NCBI RefSeq assembly: GCF_001194135.2
Contig: NC_068982.1
Coordinates: 13,543,255 to 13,607,254, forward strand
Direction: 5' to 3'
Source of the DNA: Octopus bimaculoides
Taxonomy: Eukaryota
Length of the DNA stretch: 64,000 nucleotides
The notes beneath the pieces were generated by a model that saw only the letters and a list, made by a program, of their open reading frames with translations, made no database searches and was not told the origin of the DNA. The position numbers and the translations under genes are program-made. This document shows, piece after piece, positions 53,109-63,389 of the stretch; position 1 is the first letter of the stretch, and the number at the start of each line of letters is the position of its first letter.

Positions 53109-53585
53109 TCTGAATGTGACCGATGCCATGGCCACCTGACTGGCTCCCATGCCGGTGGCATGTAAAAAGTACCACCTGAACGTGACTGATGCCAGTGCTC
53201 CCTGACTGGTTCCTGTGCTGGTGGTATGTAAAAACCACCATCCAAACATGATCGATGCTGGGCCCACCTGACTGGCTCCTATGCCGGTGGCATGTAAGAA
53301 GGACCATCTGAACGTGGCCGATGTCAGTGCTCACTGATTGGCTCCCATGCCAGTGTCATATAAAAAGAACCATCCAAACGTGATTGATGCCAGACTCACC
53401 TGACTGGCTCCTGTACCGGTGGCACATAAAAGGCACCCACTACACTCTTGGAGTAGTTGGCATTAAGAAGAGCATCCAGATTGGAGCCTGGTGCAGCCTT
53501 CTGGCTTTCCAGACCTCAATCAAACCGTCCAGCCCATGCCAGCATGGAAAGCAGACGTTTAGCGATGATGATGATGTTGATGAAT
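53109..53585 (+). mobile_element. RTE 3'UTR with five ~66-bp tandem units
   Basis: Units cgatgcc...cctgactggctcc.atgccggtggcatgtaaaaag.acca.c.gaacgtga, then the canonical terminus. Confidence 0.85.
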
Positions 53586-53866
53586 ATTACTAACATGTAT
53601 AAGTAGTGAGCTGCTGGAATTGCTAGACTGCCAGGCAAAATGTTTAGTAGAATTTCATCCATTTTTATGTTCTGAGTTTGAATTTTGTCAAGGCTGACTT
53701 TGCTTTTCATCCTGTCAGGGTTAATAAAATAAGTACCAGTTAAGTACTGGGGTTGATATAATCAACTTACTTCTTTCCTTGAAATTACTAGCCTTGTGCC
53801 AAAATTTAAAGCCAATTTTACTATTAAATATAATAAATATTTTATAATCACAATGTATTTAAAATA

Positions 53867-54274
53867 CTGGGTGTTCAAAACGTCTCTCTGCAGTAAGTAT
53901 TTTATTGCAAAAATAAATATTTACAAGATGGTATAAGACTACAAAAGAATATATTAGACTTTACAAGACTTTAGAAAAACTTTATAAGAGGTGTTGAAAG
54001 TGTCATCCTTCACTTTCAATACATAATAACTCTTCTACACATGTTTTGAAATACATCGTGGAGAGTCTGAAGCTGTATGGACTATATGAGGGTTATGACT
54101 GCATCTTTTAACTCATTAATGGTTTTCAGGCGATTCTTGTACACTGATCCTTTACATGCTCCTCAGACAAAAAATTCTGATGGTGTTAAGCCAGGTGATC
54201 CTGGAGGCCAATGTCCCTTCGAAATAACCTGTTCTCCAAAAAATTCACTGCGAAGAGACTTTTTGAACACTCTG
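53867..54274 (-). mobile_element. Internally deleted Tc1/mariner element with both TIRs
   Basis: TA|CTGGGTGTTCAAAACGTCTCT ... AGAGACTTTTTGAACACTCTG; encodes FGEQVISKGHWPPGSPGLTPSEFFV*G..KGSVYKNRLKTINELK (cf. WPPRSPDLTP.DFFLWG). Confidence 0.8.
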
Positions 54275-54400
54275 TGTATCAAAATCTTTGTTTATCTCAC
54301 AAACATAAAAAACAAAAATTATCATTCCCAGCTCTTACAAGTGGGGAGAATTTCAGATCCATAAAAGCATCTCTTAATATTAACTCCACACCCAACTCAC

Positions 54401-54529
54401 ACGGATCTGAGCTGCATACCCGTAGTGCATCAAAAAGTTTAAATTAGGTGTAGATAAATATCCCCTAATGAGCTCCCTGATGTTCAGAAGAAAAGTGATT
54501 GTGTCTAGTTCCATAGCAACATTAAGTGA
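54401..54529 (-). CDS. Candidate internal exon of an unidentified host gene (phase 0-0, 129 nt)
   Basis: Acceptor tttgccttacag, donor CGT|GTGAGT, open frame SLNVAMELDTITFLLNIRELIRGYLSTPNLNFLMHYGYAAQIR; no recognisable homology and no partner exons found. Confidence 0.25.
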
Positions 54530-54626
54530 CTGTAAGGCAAATATTCTCCAAGAAACATTGTCAGTGCATTAAAGCTTACCACGACCACCACCACCACCAA
54601 CACACACACACACAAACACACACACA

Positions 54627-54666
<40 letters not shown>

Positions 54667-55489
54667 AACAATTATATATACATACGTACATATATCTGTA
54701 TATATATATATATATATATGTGTATATATATACACATATATATATTCACATACACACACATATATATACATAGATATACATATATATATATAGACATATA
54801 TACATAGATATATACACACATATATATATATATAAACATATATACATAGATATATACACACATATATATATATATAANNNNNNNNNNNNNNNNNNNNNNN
54901 NNNNNNNNNNNNNNNNNNNNNNNNNNNNNNNNNNNNNNNNNNNNNNNNNNNNNNNNNNNNNNNNNNNNNNNNNNNNNNNNNNNNNNNNNNNNNNNNNNNN
55001 NNNNNNNNNNNNNNNNNNNNNNNNNNNNNNNNNNNNNNNNNNNNNNNNNNNNNNNNNNNNNNNNNNNNNNNNNNNNNNNNNNNNNNNNNNNNNNNNNNNN
55101 NNNNNNNNNNNNNNNNNNNNNNNNNNNNNNNNNNNNNNNNNNNNNNNNNNNNNNNNNNNNNNNNNNNNNNNNNNNNNNNNNNNNNNNNNNNNNNNNNNNN
55201 NNNNNNNNNNNNNNNNNNGTAGAATTTAATGTCCTTCTCAGAGACACAACAAAATATTTTCTCCTTTTGTTATACTAATACTTTTATGTAATTCAGTCCT
55301 TTTAGTTATGTGTTGCTGCCATAATACACACACATACACAGAGGAACATACACAGGCACAAACATATAACATGCTCATATACATACACGCATGTACTTAA
55401 CATACACATATATAGTCATATATGTTGTAACAAACTGAAGAAAACAGATCCTTCAAAAGGGTGTGTTAAACAGCCAATCCACTAGTATG

Positions 55490-56900
55490 TCAGTTTAATA
55501 CCATATGAATATGGGTATAATGCAATTACAAAGATAAATTAAATAGAGAGATACTATTGACAGTACAATAATTTATTTATATTATAATATTACATGATAT
55601 ATTATGAATATAATATAACATAATATTATACAACATAAACAATTATTTAAAAAGAACATAAAAGGCCAACAAATTGTTTCAACTTATATACATTTTTTGA
55701 TATACATACACAATAACAGTTCCCTTATATATAAATCACTTCAGGATCATGGTTTAAAGATAGACGAAATTCCGTGTGAAAGGACGGCCTCCTTTAACAA
55801 TATTCCTTTCATGGTGATAAGTGATCCAACGAATTCTATGTATGAATGTGAAAGTCTTAGTAATAAGGTCTTTCATAAAGTCCTTCCTGGGCGGGACCGG
55901 AATGTCTTTCAATGATATGTCAACAGGTAATTTCTCCATTATATCAGTGAAAAGCCATTTAATAATTCTCCAGTATGGTATCAGTTGGATACCATATAAA
56001 TATGGGTATAATGCAATTACAAAGATAAATTAAATTGAGAGATACTATTGACAACCTCTAAACCATGATCCTGAAGTGACTTATATATTAGGGAACAGTT
56101 ATTGCGTGTGTATATCAGAATATGTATCTAAGTTGAAACAATTTGTTGACCTTTTACGTTTTTTTTTTAATAATCGTTTATGTTATATAATATTATGTTA
56201 TATTATATTCATAGTATCATCATCATCATTTAACGTTCGCTTTCCATTCTAGCATGGGTTGGACGATTTGACTGAGGACTGGCAAGCCAGAAGGCTGCAC
56301 CAAGCTCCAATATGGCAAGGTTTCTACAGCTGGATGCCCTTCCTAATGCTAACCACTCTGAGAGTATAGTGGGTGCTTTTACGTGCCACTGGCACAAAAG
56401 CCAGTCAGGTGGTACAGGCAATGGCCACACTCAAAATGGTGCATTTTACGTGCTACCTGCACAGTCCAACGGCACTGGCAACGATCTCGCTCAAACGACT
56501 TTTCACGTCCCACTGGCACAAGTGCCAGTAAGGTGACGCTGGTAACGATCATGCTCAAATGGTGCTCTTAGCGCTCCACTGGTACAGGTGCCATCACGAT
56601 TTCGCTTTCGCTTGCCCCGAGCTTAGTGTTCAATGAAAGAGACGTTGGCATGGGGGCCAGTCATCGAATTTAGTTCGATTTCGATTTTGATTTCACTTGC
56701 CTCAACAGGTCTTCACAAGCAGAGTTTAGTGTCCAATGAATGAAAGGTACGCATAAGTGGGCTGGCTACATCCCTGGCAGAGGCCTTGGATTTTGGTCTC
56801 ACTCGGCTTGCCAGGTCTTCTCACGTACAGCATATTTCCATGTAATATTATAATATAAATAAATTATTGGATTGTCAATAGTATCTCTCTATTTAACTTA
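55490..56900 (-). mobile_element. Penelope-like mini-element: ORF N-terminus between direct repeats plus an inverted repeat copy
   Basis: ORF 55754-55939 (DISLKDIPVPPRKDFMKDLITKTFTFIHRIRW) resembles the PLE N-terminal YSLKNIP.P...Y.K.LI.KTE.FI.R.RW motif. Direct repeat at ~55500-55562 and 55992-56053; inverted repeat 55540-55759 vs 56056-56897 (split by RTE). Confidence 0.65.
56218..56839 (-). mobile_element. RTE 3'UTR (long), inserted in the PLE inverted arm
   Basis: (cat)n tttaacgttcgc...ccaggtcttctcacgtacagcatatttcc. Confidence 0.85.
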
Positions 56901-56919
56901 CTTATATATTTCTGTAAAA

Positions 56920-57036
56920 TCAATGGCTGTGTGGTAAGTAGTTTGGCACCTTGAGCAAGTATCTTCTACTATAGCCTCGGGCCAACCCAAAGCCTTGTGA
57001 GTGGATTTGGTAGACGGAAATTGAAAGAAGCCGGTC

Positions 57037-57089
<53 letters not shown>

Positions 57090-57297
57090 TGTGCCTGTGT
57101 TTGTCCCTCCACCATTGTTTGACAACCAATCATGGTATGTTTCTGTCCCCATAACCTAGTGGTTCGGCAAAAGAGAATGATAGAATAAGTACCAGGCTTA
57201 CAAAGAGTGAGTCCAGGGGTCAATTTCTTTGACTAAAAGGCAGTGCTCCATCATGGCCACAGTCAAAATGACTGAAACATATAAAAGAGTAAAAGAT
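56920..57297 (+). mobile_element. SINE family A
   Basis: tggctgtgtggtaagtag...gactgaaacatataaaagagtaaaaga. Confidence 0.8.
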
Positions 57298-57353
57298 TAT
57301 GTGAATCGTTGGCAATTTTTTTCTTCTGTCTTCCTTTTCTATTGGACTTTCCT

Positions 57354-57388
57354 GTTTCTGAAGAAGAGCTTTGCTCGAAACGTAAAAC
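57354..57388 (+). ncRNA. Apparently intact minimal type-I hammerhead ribozyme
   Basis: GTTT-CTGAAGA-A-GAGC(TTT)GCTC-GAAAC-GTA-AAAC: full core, 4-bp stem II, palindromic loopless stem III (ACGT), GUA site, 4-bp stem I. Confidence 0.75.
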
Positions 57389-57623
57389 CACCTTTCTTTC
57401 CTTCCCTGAGCGTCTATTGATATTATACATGTACCATATACTTATGTTGTTGTGTTTTGGTGTTTGTTCTTCATTTTTGGGGCATTCGCTATATATATAT
57501 ATATACACATTGTAAGAAATCAAAATGATGAAGGATCAAAGAATTGTCATGTGCTTACTGCTTTTTCTGCTATAAAATGCAATGCACACATAGTTAGATG
57601 CTTGTGTATCACTTCATGTTTGA

Positions 57624-57683
57624 AACTCTGATAAAGTTATAAGGTGAGTGCCTTGTATCTTATGGCAGAAACAGCTGTAAGCT
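57624..57683 (+). ncRNA. Hammerhead motif of the same family as 28916-28982, G8 mutated
   Basis: CTGATAA-A-GTTATAAGGT..ATCTTATGGC-A-GAAAC-AGCT-GTA-AGCTAATG. Confidence 0.55.
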
Positions 57684-57784
57684 AATGCAATTCATGGATG
57701 CCTCCACTGCCATCATGACCACTACCACCACCACCATCACTGCTATAGGAGGACATAGGAACACACTTTTATAGCACGTTCCCA

Positions 57785-57843
<59 letters not shown>

Positions 57844-57845
57844 TT
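57785..57845. repeat. (TAC)n microsatellite
   Basis: Directly visible. Confidence 0.9.
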
Positions 57846-57989
57846 ATAACCACTAACATCTATACTAAAAACAAGAAAAGTATTGATATCTAGATGTGTG
57901 GCTTAAGAAGAAAACTCTTTCGTTAACAATACGAAGAAAATATTATAATAAATATCTTTGAGGAGTCAACCTGTGATTAGAACTGGTCG

Positions 57990-58330
57990 ACAGAAATTGA
58001 AGAAGCTTGTTGTGTGTGTGTGTATATGTGTGTGTTTTGTGTGTGTGTATGCATTTTACATGTTTTTGTGTGTGTTTAGTGTCTGTATGAGCTTTGTGTG
58101 TGTGAGTTTTTTTTTTGTGTGTGTACGTGAGTTTTGTGTTTGTGTTTTGTGTGTGTGTGTGTGCTTTGTATGTGTGTAGTTGTGTGTGTGTTTTGTGTTT
58201 TTGTTTCCTGTTTCATGTGTGTGTGTGTGTGTGTTTCATGTGTTTCGTGTGTTTCATGTGTTTCGTGTGTGTGTGTGTTTTGTGTGTGTATGTGTATGTT
58301 TCGTGTGTGCGTGTGTGTGTGTGTGAATGT
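57990..58330. repeat. GT-rich degenerate microsatellite
   Basis: Directly visible. Confidence 0.85.
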
Positions 58331-58849
58331 GAGTGACGATATAATTCCCCTCATCTCCACATGTGTTTGCTCACTATAAACAGCTGTCTCACTGCCAATA
58401 CAGGTAGAATCCTTTACTGGCAGTCAACTATGAAAACATGTGCAGGCTTCACATGTTGTATGATCTTTGAAAAGCAAAAGACTCTTTGTAAACAGTTTTC
58501 CATTCACTGCTTTAGCTACGTTTGTCCAGGTTATTCATTGTTTCAAGCAAGGATTATCTATTTGCTTGGGAACAGGTGAGGATTTGTGACAGGAAGGCCC
58601 TCTGTCCCAATGAATTCCATCTGATCCATGCAAGTGGGGAAATGTGGGTATTAAAATACTGATTCCACCACTGCCACCACCACCACTACCACCACCATCA
58701 CCAGCACTACCATTGCTGTCATCACCACCATTGATGACACTGGCTGCTAAATCCACTTCTTCTGAAGTACATATGATGAAAATTAATGGTCAACTTCATT
58801 TAGATAGAAACCCTTTTTTTTTTAATCTCGTTTTGTTATTTTAAATTAA

Positions 58850-59290
58850 TATTCTTTTCTACTCTAGGCACAAGGCCCGAAATTTTTTTTTTGGGGGGCG
58901 GGGTCAGTTTATTAGATCAACTACAGCACACAACTGGTACTTAATTTATTGACCCCGAAAAGATGAAAGGCAAAGTCGACCTCGGTGGAATTTGAACTCA
59001 GAACGTAAAGACAGACAAAATACCACTAAGCATTTCCTTCAGTGTGCTAATGTTTATTATTTCTTTACTGCCCACAAGGGGCTAAACACAGAGGGGACAA
59101 ACAAGGACAGACAAACGGATTAAGTCGATTATATCGACTCCAGCGTGTAACTGGTACTTATTTAATCGACCCTGAAATGATGAAAGGAAAAGTCGACCTC
59201 AGTGGAATTTGAACTCAGAATATAAAGACAGATGAAATAACGCTAAGCATTACCTTCAGCATGTTAACGTTTCTGCCAGCTCACCACCTT
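58850..59290 (-). mobile_element. Two adjacent SINE C copies with different 3' tails (C1 and C2)
   Basis: Shared head and core; tails (rc) gccttgtgcctagagtagaaaagaat vs ccccttgtgggcagtaaagaaataa. Confidence 0.75.
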
Positions 59291-59639
59291 TTTTAGATTA
59301 ATATTTAATCATACTAGCATGGGCATGATGTTTTGGGGGATTTGTTTCTTAATTATTTTCTTATCAGTGAAAGTAATTGCTTTTCTTNNNNNNNNNNNNN
59401 NNNNNNNNNNNNNNNNNNNNNNNNNNNNNNNNNNNNNNNNNNNNNNNNNNNNNNNNNNNNNNNNNNNNNNNNNNNNNNNNNNNNNNNNNNNNNNNNNNNN
59501 NNNNNNNNNNNNNNNNNNNNNNNNNNNNNNNNNNNNNNNNNNNNNNNNNNNNNNNNNNNNNNNNNNNNNNNNNNNNNNNNNNNNNNNNNNNNNNNNNNNN
59601 NNNNNNNNNNTATATATATATATATATATATATATATAC

Positions 59640-59850
59640 TCTTTTCTTCTCTAGGCACAAGGCTTGAAATTTTGGGGGAGGGTGCCAGTCGATTATATTG
59701 ACCCCAGTACACAACTGGTACTTAATTTATCAACTCCGAAAGGATGAAAGGCAAAGTCGACCTCAGTGGAATTTGAACTCAGAATATAAAGACAGATGAA
59801 ATAACGCTAAGCATTACCTTCAGCATGTTAACGTTTCTGCCAGCTCACCA
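59640..59850 (-). mobile_element. SINE C (C1 tail)
   Basis: cttttcttctctaggcacaaggc...ctgccagctcac. Confidence 0.8.
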
Positions 59851-60464
59851 CCTTTTTTAGATTAATATTTAATCATACTAGCATGGGCATGATGTTTTGG
59901 GGGATTTGTTTCTTAATTATTTTCTTATCAGTGAAAGTAATTGCTTTTCTTACTGGTCTCTTGTCCTTCCAATGGAAACAATTCAATTGTAATACAGAAG
60001 CAGAACCTAATTTTGTCAGTGAGGTAAACTGTATTAAAGAAATTATTTATCTTGCTCAGAGGTACACTATTTCTTCTTCAATATCTACAACAGTTTCTAT
60101 AAACAGTTCATCATCCTCATCATCATCATCGTTTAATGTCCGCTTTCCGCTTTCCATGGACGATTTGACTGAGAACTGGTGAATCAGATGGCTGCACCAG
60201 GCTCCAATCTGATTTGGCAGAGTTTCTACAGCTGGATGCCCTTCCTAATGCCAACCACTCCGATATATATATGTGTATATATATNNNNNNNNNNNNNNNN
60301 NNNNNNNNNNNNNNNNNNNNNNNNNNNNNNNNNNNNNNNNNNNNNNNNNNNNNNNNNNNNNNNNNNNNNNNNNNNNNNNNNNNNTATATATATGTATATA
60401 TATGTATATATATGTATATATATGTATATATATGTATATATATACATATATACATATATATATA

Positions 60465-60875
60465 TCATCATCATCATCATTGTTTAACGTCCGCCTTCCA
60501 TGCTAGCATGGGCTGGACGATTTGACTGAGGACTGGTGAACCAGATGGCTAAATCAGGCTCCAAGCTGATTTGGCAGAGTTTCTACAGCTGGATGCCCTT
60601 CCTAACGCCAACCACTCCGAGAGTGTAGTGGGTGCTTTTATGCGCCACCGGCACGAAGGCCAGTCAGACGGTACTGGCAACGGCCACACCCATAATGGTG
60701 TATTTTACATGCCACCTGCACAGGAGCCTGTCCAGCGGCACTGGCAACGACCTCGCTTGAATGGCCTTTTCCATGCCACCGGCACAAGTGCCAGTAAGGC
60801 GATGCTGGTAACGATCATGCTCAAATGGTGCTATTTACGTGCCACTGGCATGGAACCTAGACAGCTGCTCTGGCA
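60465..60875 (-). mobile_element. RTE 3'UTR with array
   Basis: Canonical terminus plus ~3 units. Confidence 0.85.
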
Positions 60876-61269
60876 AAGATAGCTGCTCTGTTAATAGAAT
60901 TTAATGCTCTTTTTCCATGGTATGGTCAGTAGCTCTGACTAATTCTGATACTATTTTCTGCAAGATCCTTATTAGCATAGAAAATGTATATCTTTTGCAA
61001 AACTCCTCACACATGACAAGGCTCTGTAGTATTAATTTTTGTGGCTCAAAAGAGTAGTCAGTGGCACATTTGATATTTGTTCTCTTCAAAATATGTTTAG
61101 CAATAATTAATCTTTTGTTTATTCATTTAACGATGATTTTGCTAATTATGGTAGTGGGGAGAGTTGTTTGGGGCAGAATATATTGGTGGATACTTTCCTA
61201 GATATCTACCTTTATTCTTCAAATACATGATTTTTTTCCCTATTTTACTGATAATACAGTTCTATATTT

Positions 61270-61475
61270 AAGAAATGAGGAATTATGTACATTATTTACA
61301 TTTGACGGATATTTGTTTGTTGTTAACACCCTCCAGCCTTCATTAGGTGTCTTGGGGAAATTTCAAACCTGGGTTCTCATTCCTAAGGTATTTTTCTATC
61401 ATTATTCAGGTCACTGCCTGGAATTGAACTCGGAATCTTGGGGTTAGAAGCCTGTGCTCTTAACCACTACGCCAT
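61270..61475 (-). mobile_element. tRNA-headed SINE with PLE-like hammerhead-family tail (ribozyme partly deleted in this copy)
   Basis: rc: TGGCGTAGTGG (A box)..GGCTTCTAACC..GAGTTCAATTCC (B box) aggcagtgacctgaataat..gaaaaataccttaggaatgagaacccagg..ccccaagacacCTAATGAaggctggaggg[deletion]tgttaacaacaaac..gtcaaatgtaaataatgta. Confidence 0.75.
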
Positions 61476-62202
61476 TTTACTGATCTTTGAAAATGCTAAG
61501 CATCCACTTTATAATATCAACAATAAATATAAGCATCATATCACTGTTTTACTCAGTTACTTACAATTGAACCCATGGATAATCAACACACACACATAAT
61601 GGGCTTCCATACACTTTCAGTCAACGAATTCCACTCAAAAAGTCATTGTTTCCCCTGGGGCTATAGTATAAAACTCTTACCCAAAGTTCTGAACATTCTG
61701 TAGCACTGAACCTGAGACCATGTAGTTGGGAAATAAACTTCTTAACCACACAGCCAAGTCTGCTACTGAATGCAAGTTGTTATCAGCTGCAAAAGCCTGC
61801 ACTCTTGAAATTAGCTGCTCATTATTAATTCATTGTAGATAATAAGCTCTTTGCAACTGCAAAATAAACCAATGTTCAACGCATATTTCTTCTGCCAGTG
61901 TTTCTAAGACGGAATGCAATAGTTAAGATAAGGTTTAATCTTCTAGCAATTTGTGTCATAGTTTAGTAGCATTATATCACACATTACTTAATATTAGTAA
62001 GATTCAAAGTTTCTTGTTTAACCCAAGGTTAGTTCTTACTGGACCAATATTCTAAAGCATTACAGTTATGACTATCCTGTCATTTCTTAATATACAGGGA
62101 CCAGAATCACATAATCCTATGTTTTTAAGTGTGTCTCTAAAGATTTTTTATAGAATTTAGAGCTAGCACTGAAAGTTACAATGTTTTCTATACGAATGCA
62201 CC

Positions 62203-62495
62203 CAGTGGCAGACTGGGTCTAAAAATATTGGTTGCCAGGAGACAAGGAGGCCCACTTGCAACTACAATGCTATAATTTAATTTTTTTTTTTTTTTTTAAA
62301 AGCGTTCTTTTCTACTGTCTACATACACAGCCAGGCTGAAATAATTAATGCAGTCTTCCAGGACTGAATAAAAAATTCTCAAACTTGAGGGGATGGGCTC
62401 CTTAGATACTAACATGGGCCCCCATATATGGACACTAATGGCAGAGGGGTCCATTTGCCATTGAGCAAGCTAGCAACCTGACCAGTCCGCCACTG
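62203..62495. mobile_element. hAT-like MITE with 8-bp TSD
   Basis: TIRs CAGTGGCAGACTGG / CCAGTCCGCCACTG; TSD AATGCACC / AATACACC. Confidence 0.8.
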
Positions 62496-62559
62496 AATAC
62501 ACCTATATAAACAATGTGATCAAAGACAGTAAAACAGGTAATTGGTTTATATAGTACCA

Positions 62560-62762
62560 CTGGACTGGCCCTCATGCTGGTGGCACGTAAAAAGAACCCA
62601 ATACACTCTCGGAGTGGTTGGCATTAGGAAGGGCATCCAGCTGTAGAAACTCTGCCAAATCAGATTGGAGCCTGGTGTAGCCATCTGGTCTCCAGTCCTC
62701 AGTCAAATCGTCCAACCCATACTAGCATGGAAAGCGGACGTTAAATGATGATGATGATGATA
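62560..62762 (+). mobile_element. RTE 3' terminus
   Basis: gactggccctcatgctggtggcacgtaaaaag...gcggacgttaaatgatgatgat. Confidence 0.85.
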
Positions 62763-63341
62763 TACTCTTAAGTGCCTTTACTAATATATAAGGGTGTGAT
62801 TTAAAAGAGATTTGGTTGCCATATCTAGCAAGTCAAACGACTATGTAGGAGCACCCTCATTGGCTCATTGTTTAAAAGTAGAAATGTAAGTTAATTAATT
62901 AAGATTATAATATTTAGGCATTATAACTTTGGTTTCAGTTTATGTTTCAAGTGGAAACAATATCCCTTTTACTTACAGAAGAACCACTAAGATACTTACA
63001 GGAGAACCACTAAGATAAGTATCTTAGTCGTTCTCCTGTAAGTAAAGTTATAGCTGACTTGAGAAAAAGAGCTTCTGCTTTGAAATTAAATTCGACCAAA
63101 TAAATCTCAAGGTGTCCACATTTTGAGATGATTAATTATAAAGGAAATACAATGCTCAGTTGGAACTGTTAAATAACTATAAGAATTTGAGTGGTTGCTT
63201 CAGTCCGATTTTTGCAGTAATAGACTGTAGGTACAGATTAGATTTACACACACATACACCCATCAACCCACATGAAGATATTGTGTGTGCGTGTGTGTGT
63301 TGTGTGTATGCTGTGCATGTAAGTGTGTATTTATGTATGTG

Positions 63342-63389
<48 letters not shown>

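Noticed and set aside
53109-53440. Regular ~66-bp repeats that superficially resemble a CRISPR array
   Set aside because: The units are whole tandem copies with no unique spacers, lie inside an RTE 3'UTR in a eukaryotic context, and there are no cas genes.
56060-56150. Hammerhead-like CTGAAGT..GAAAC..GTT motif in the PLE inverted arm (and its copy at ~55665-55750)
   Set aside because: A9 is replaced by T in both copies and stem I pairs only 2 bp, so it cannot be supported as a ribozyme.
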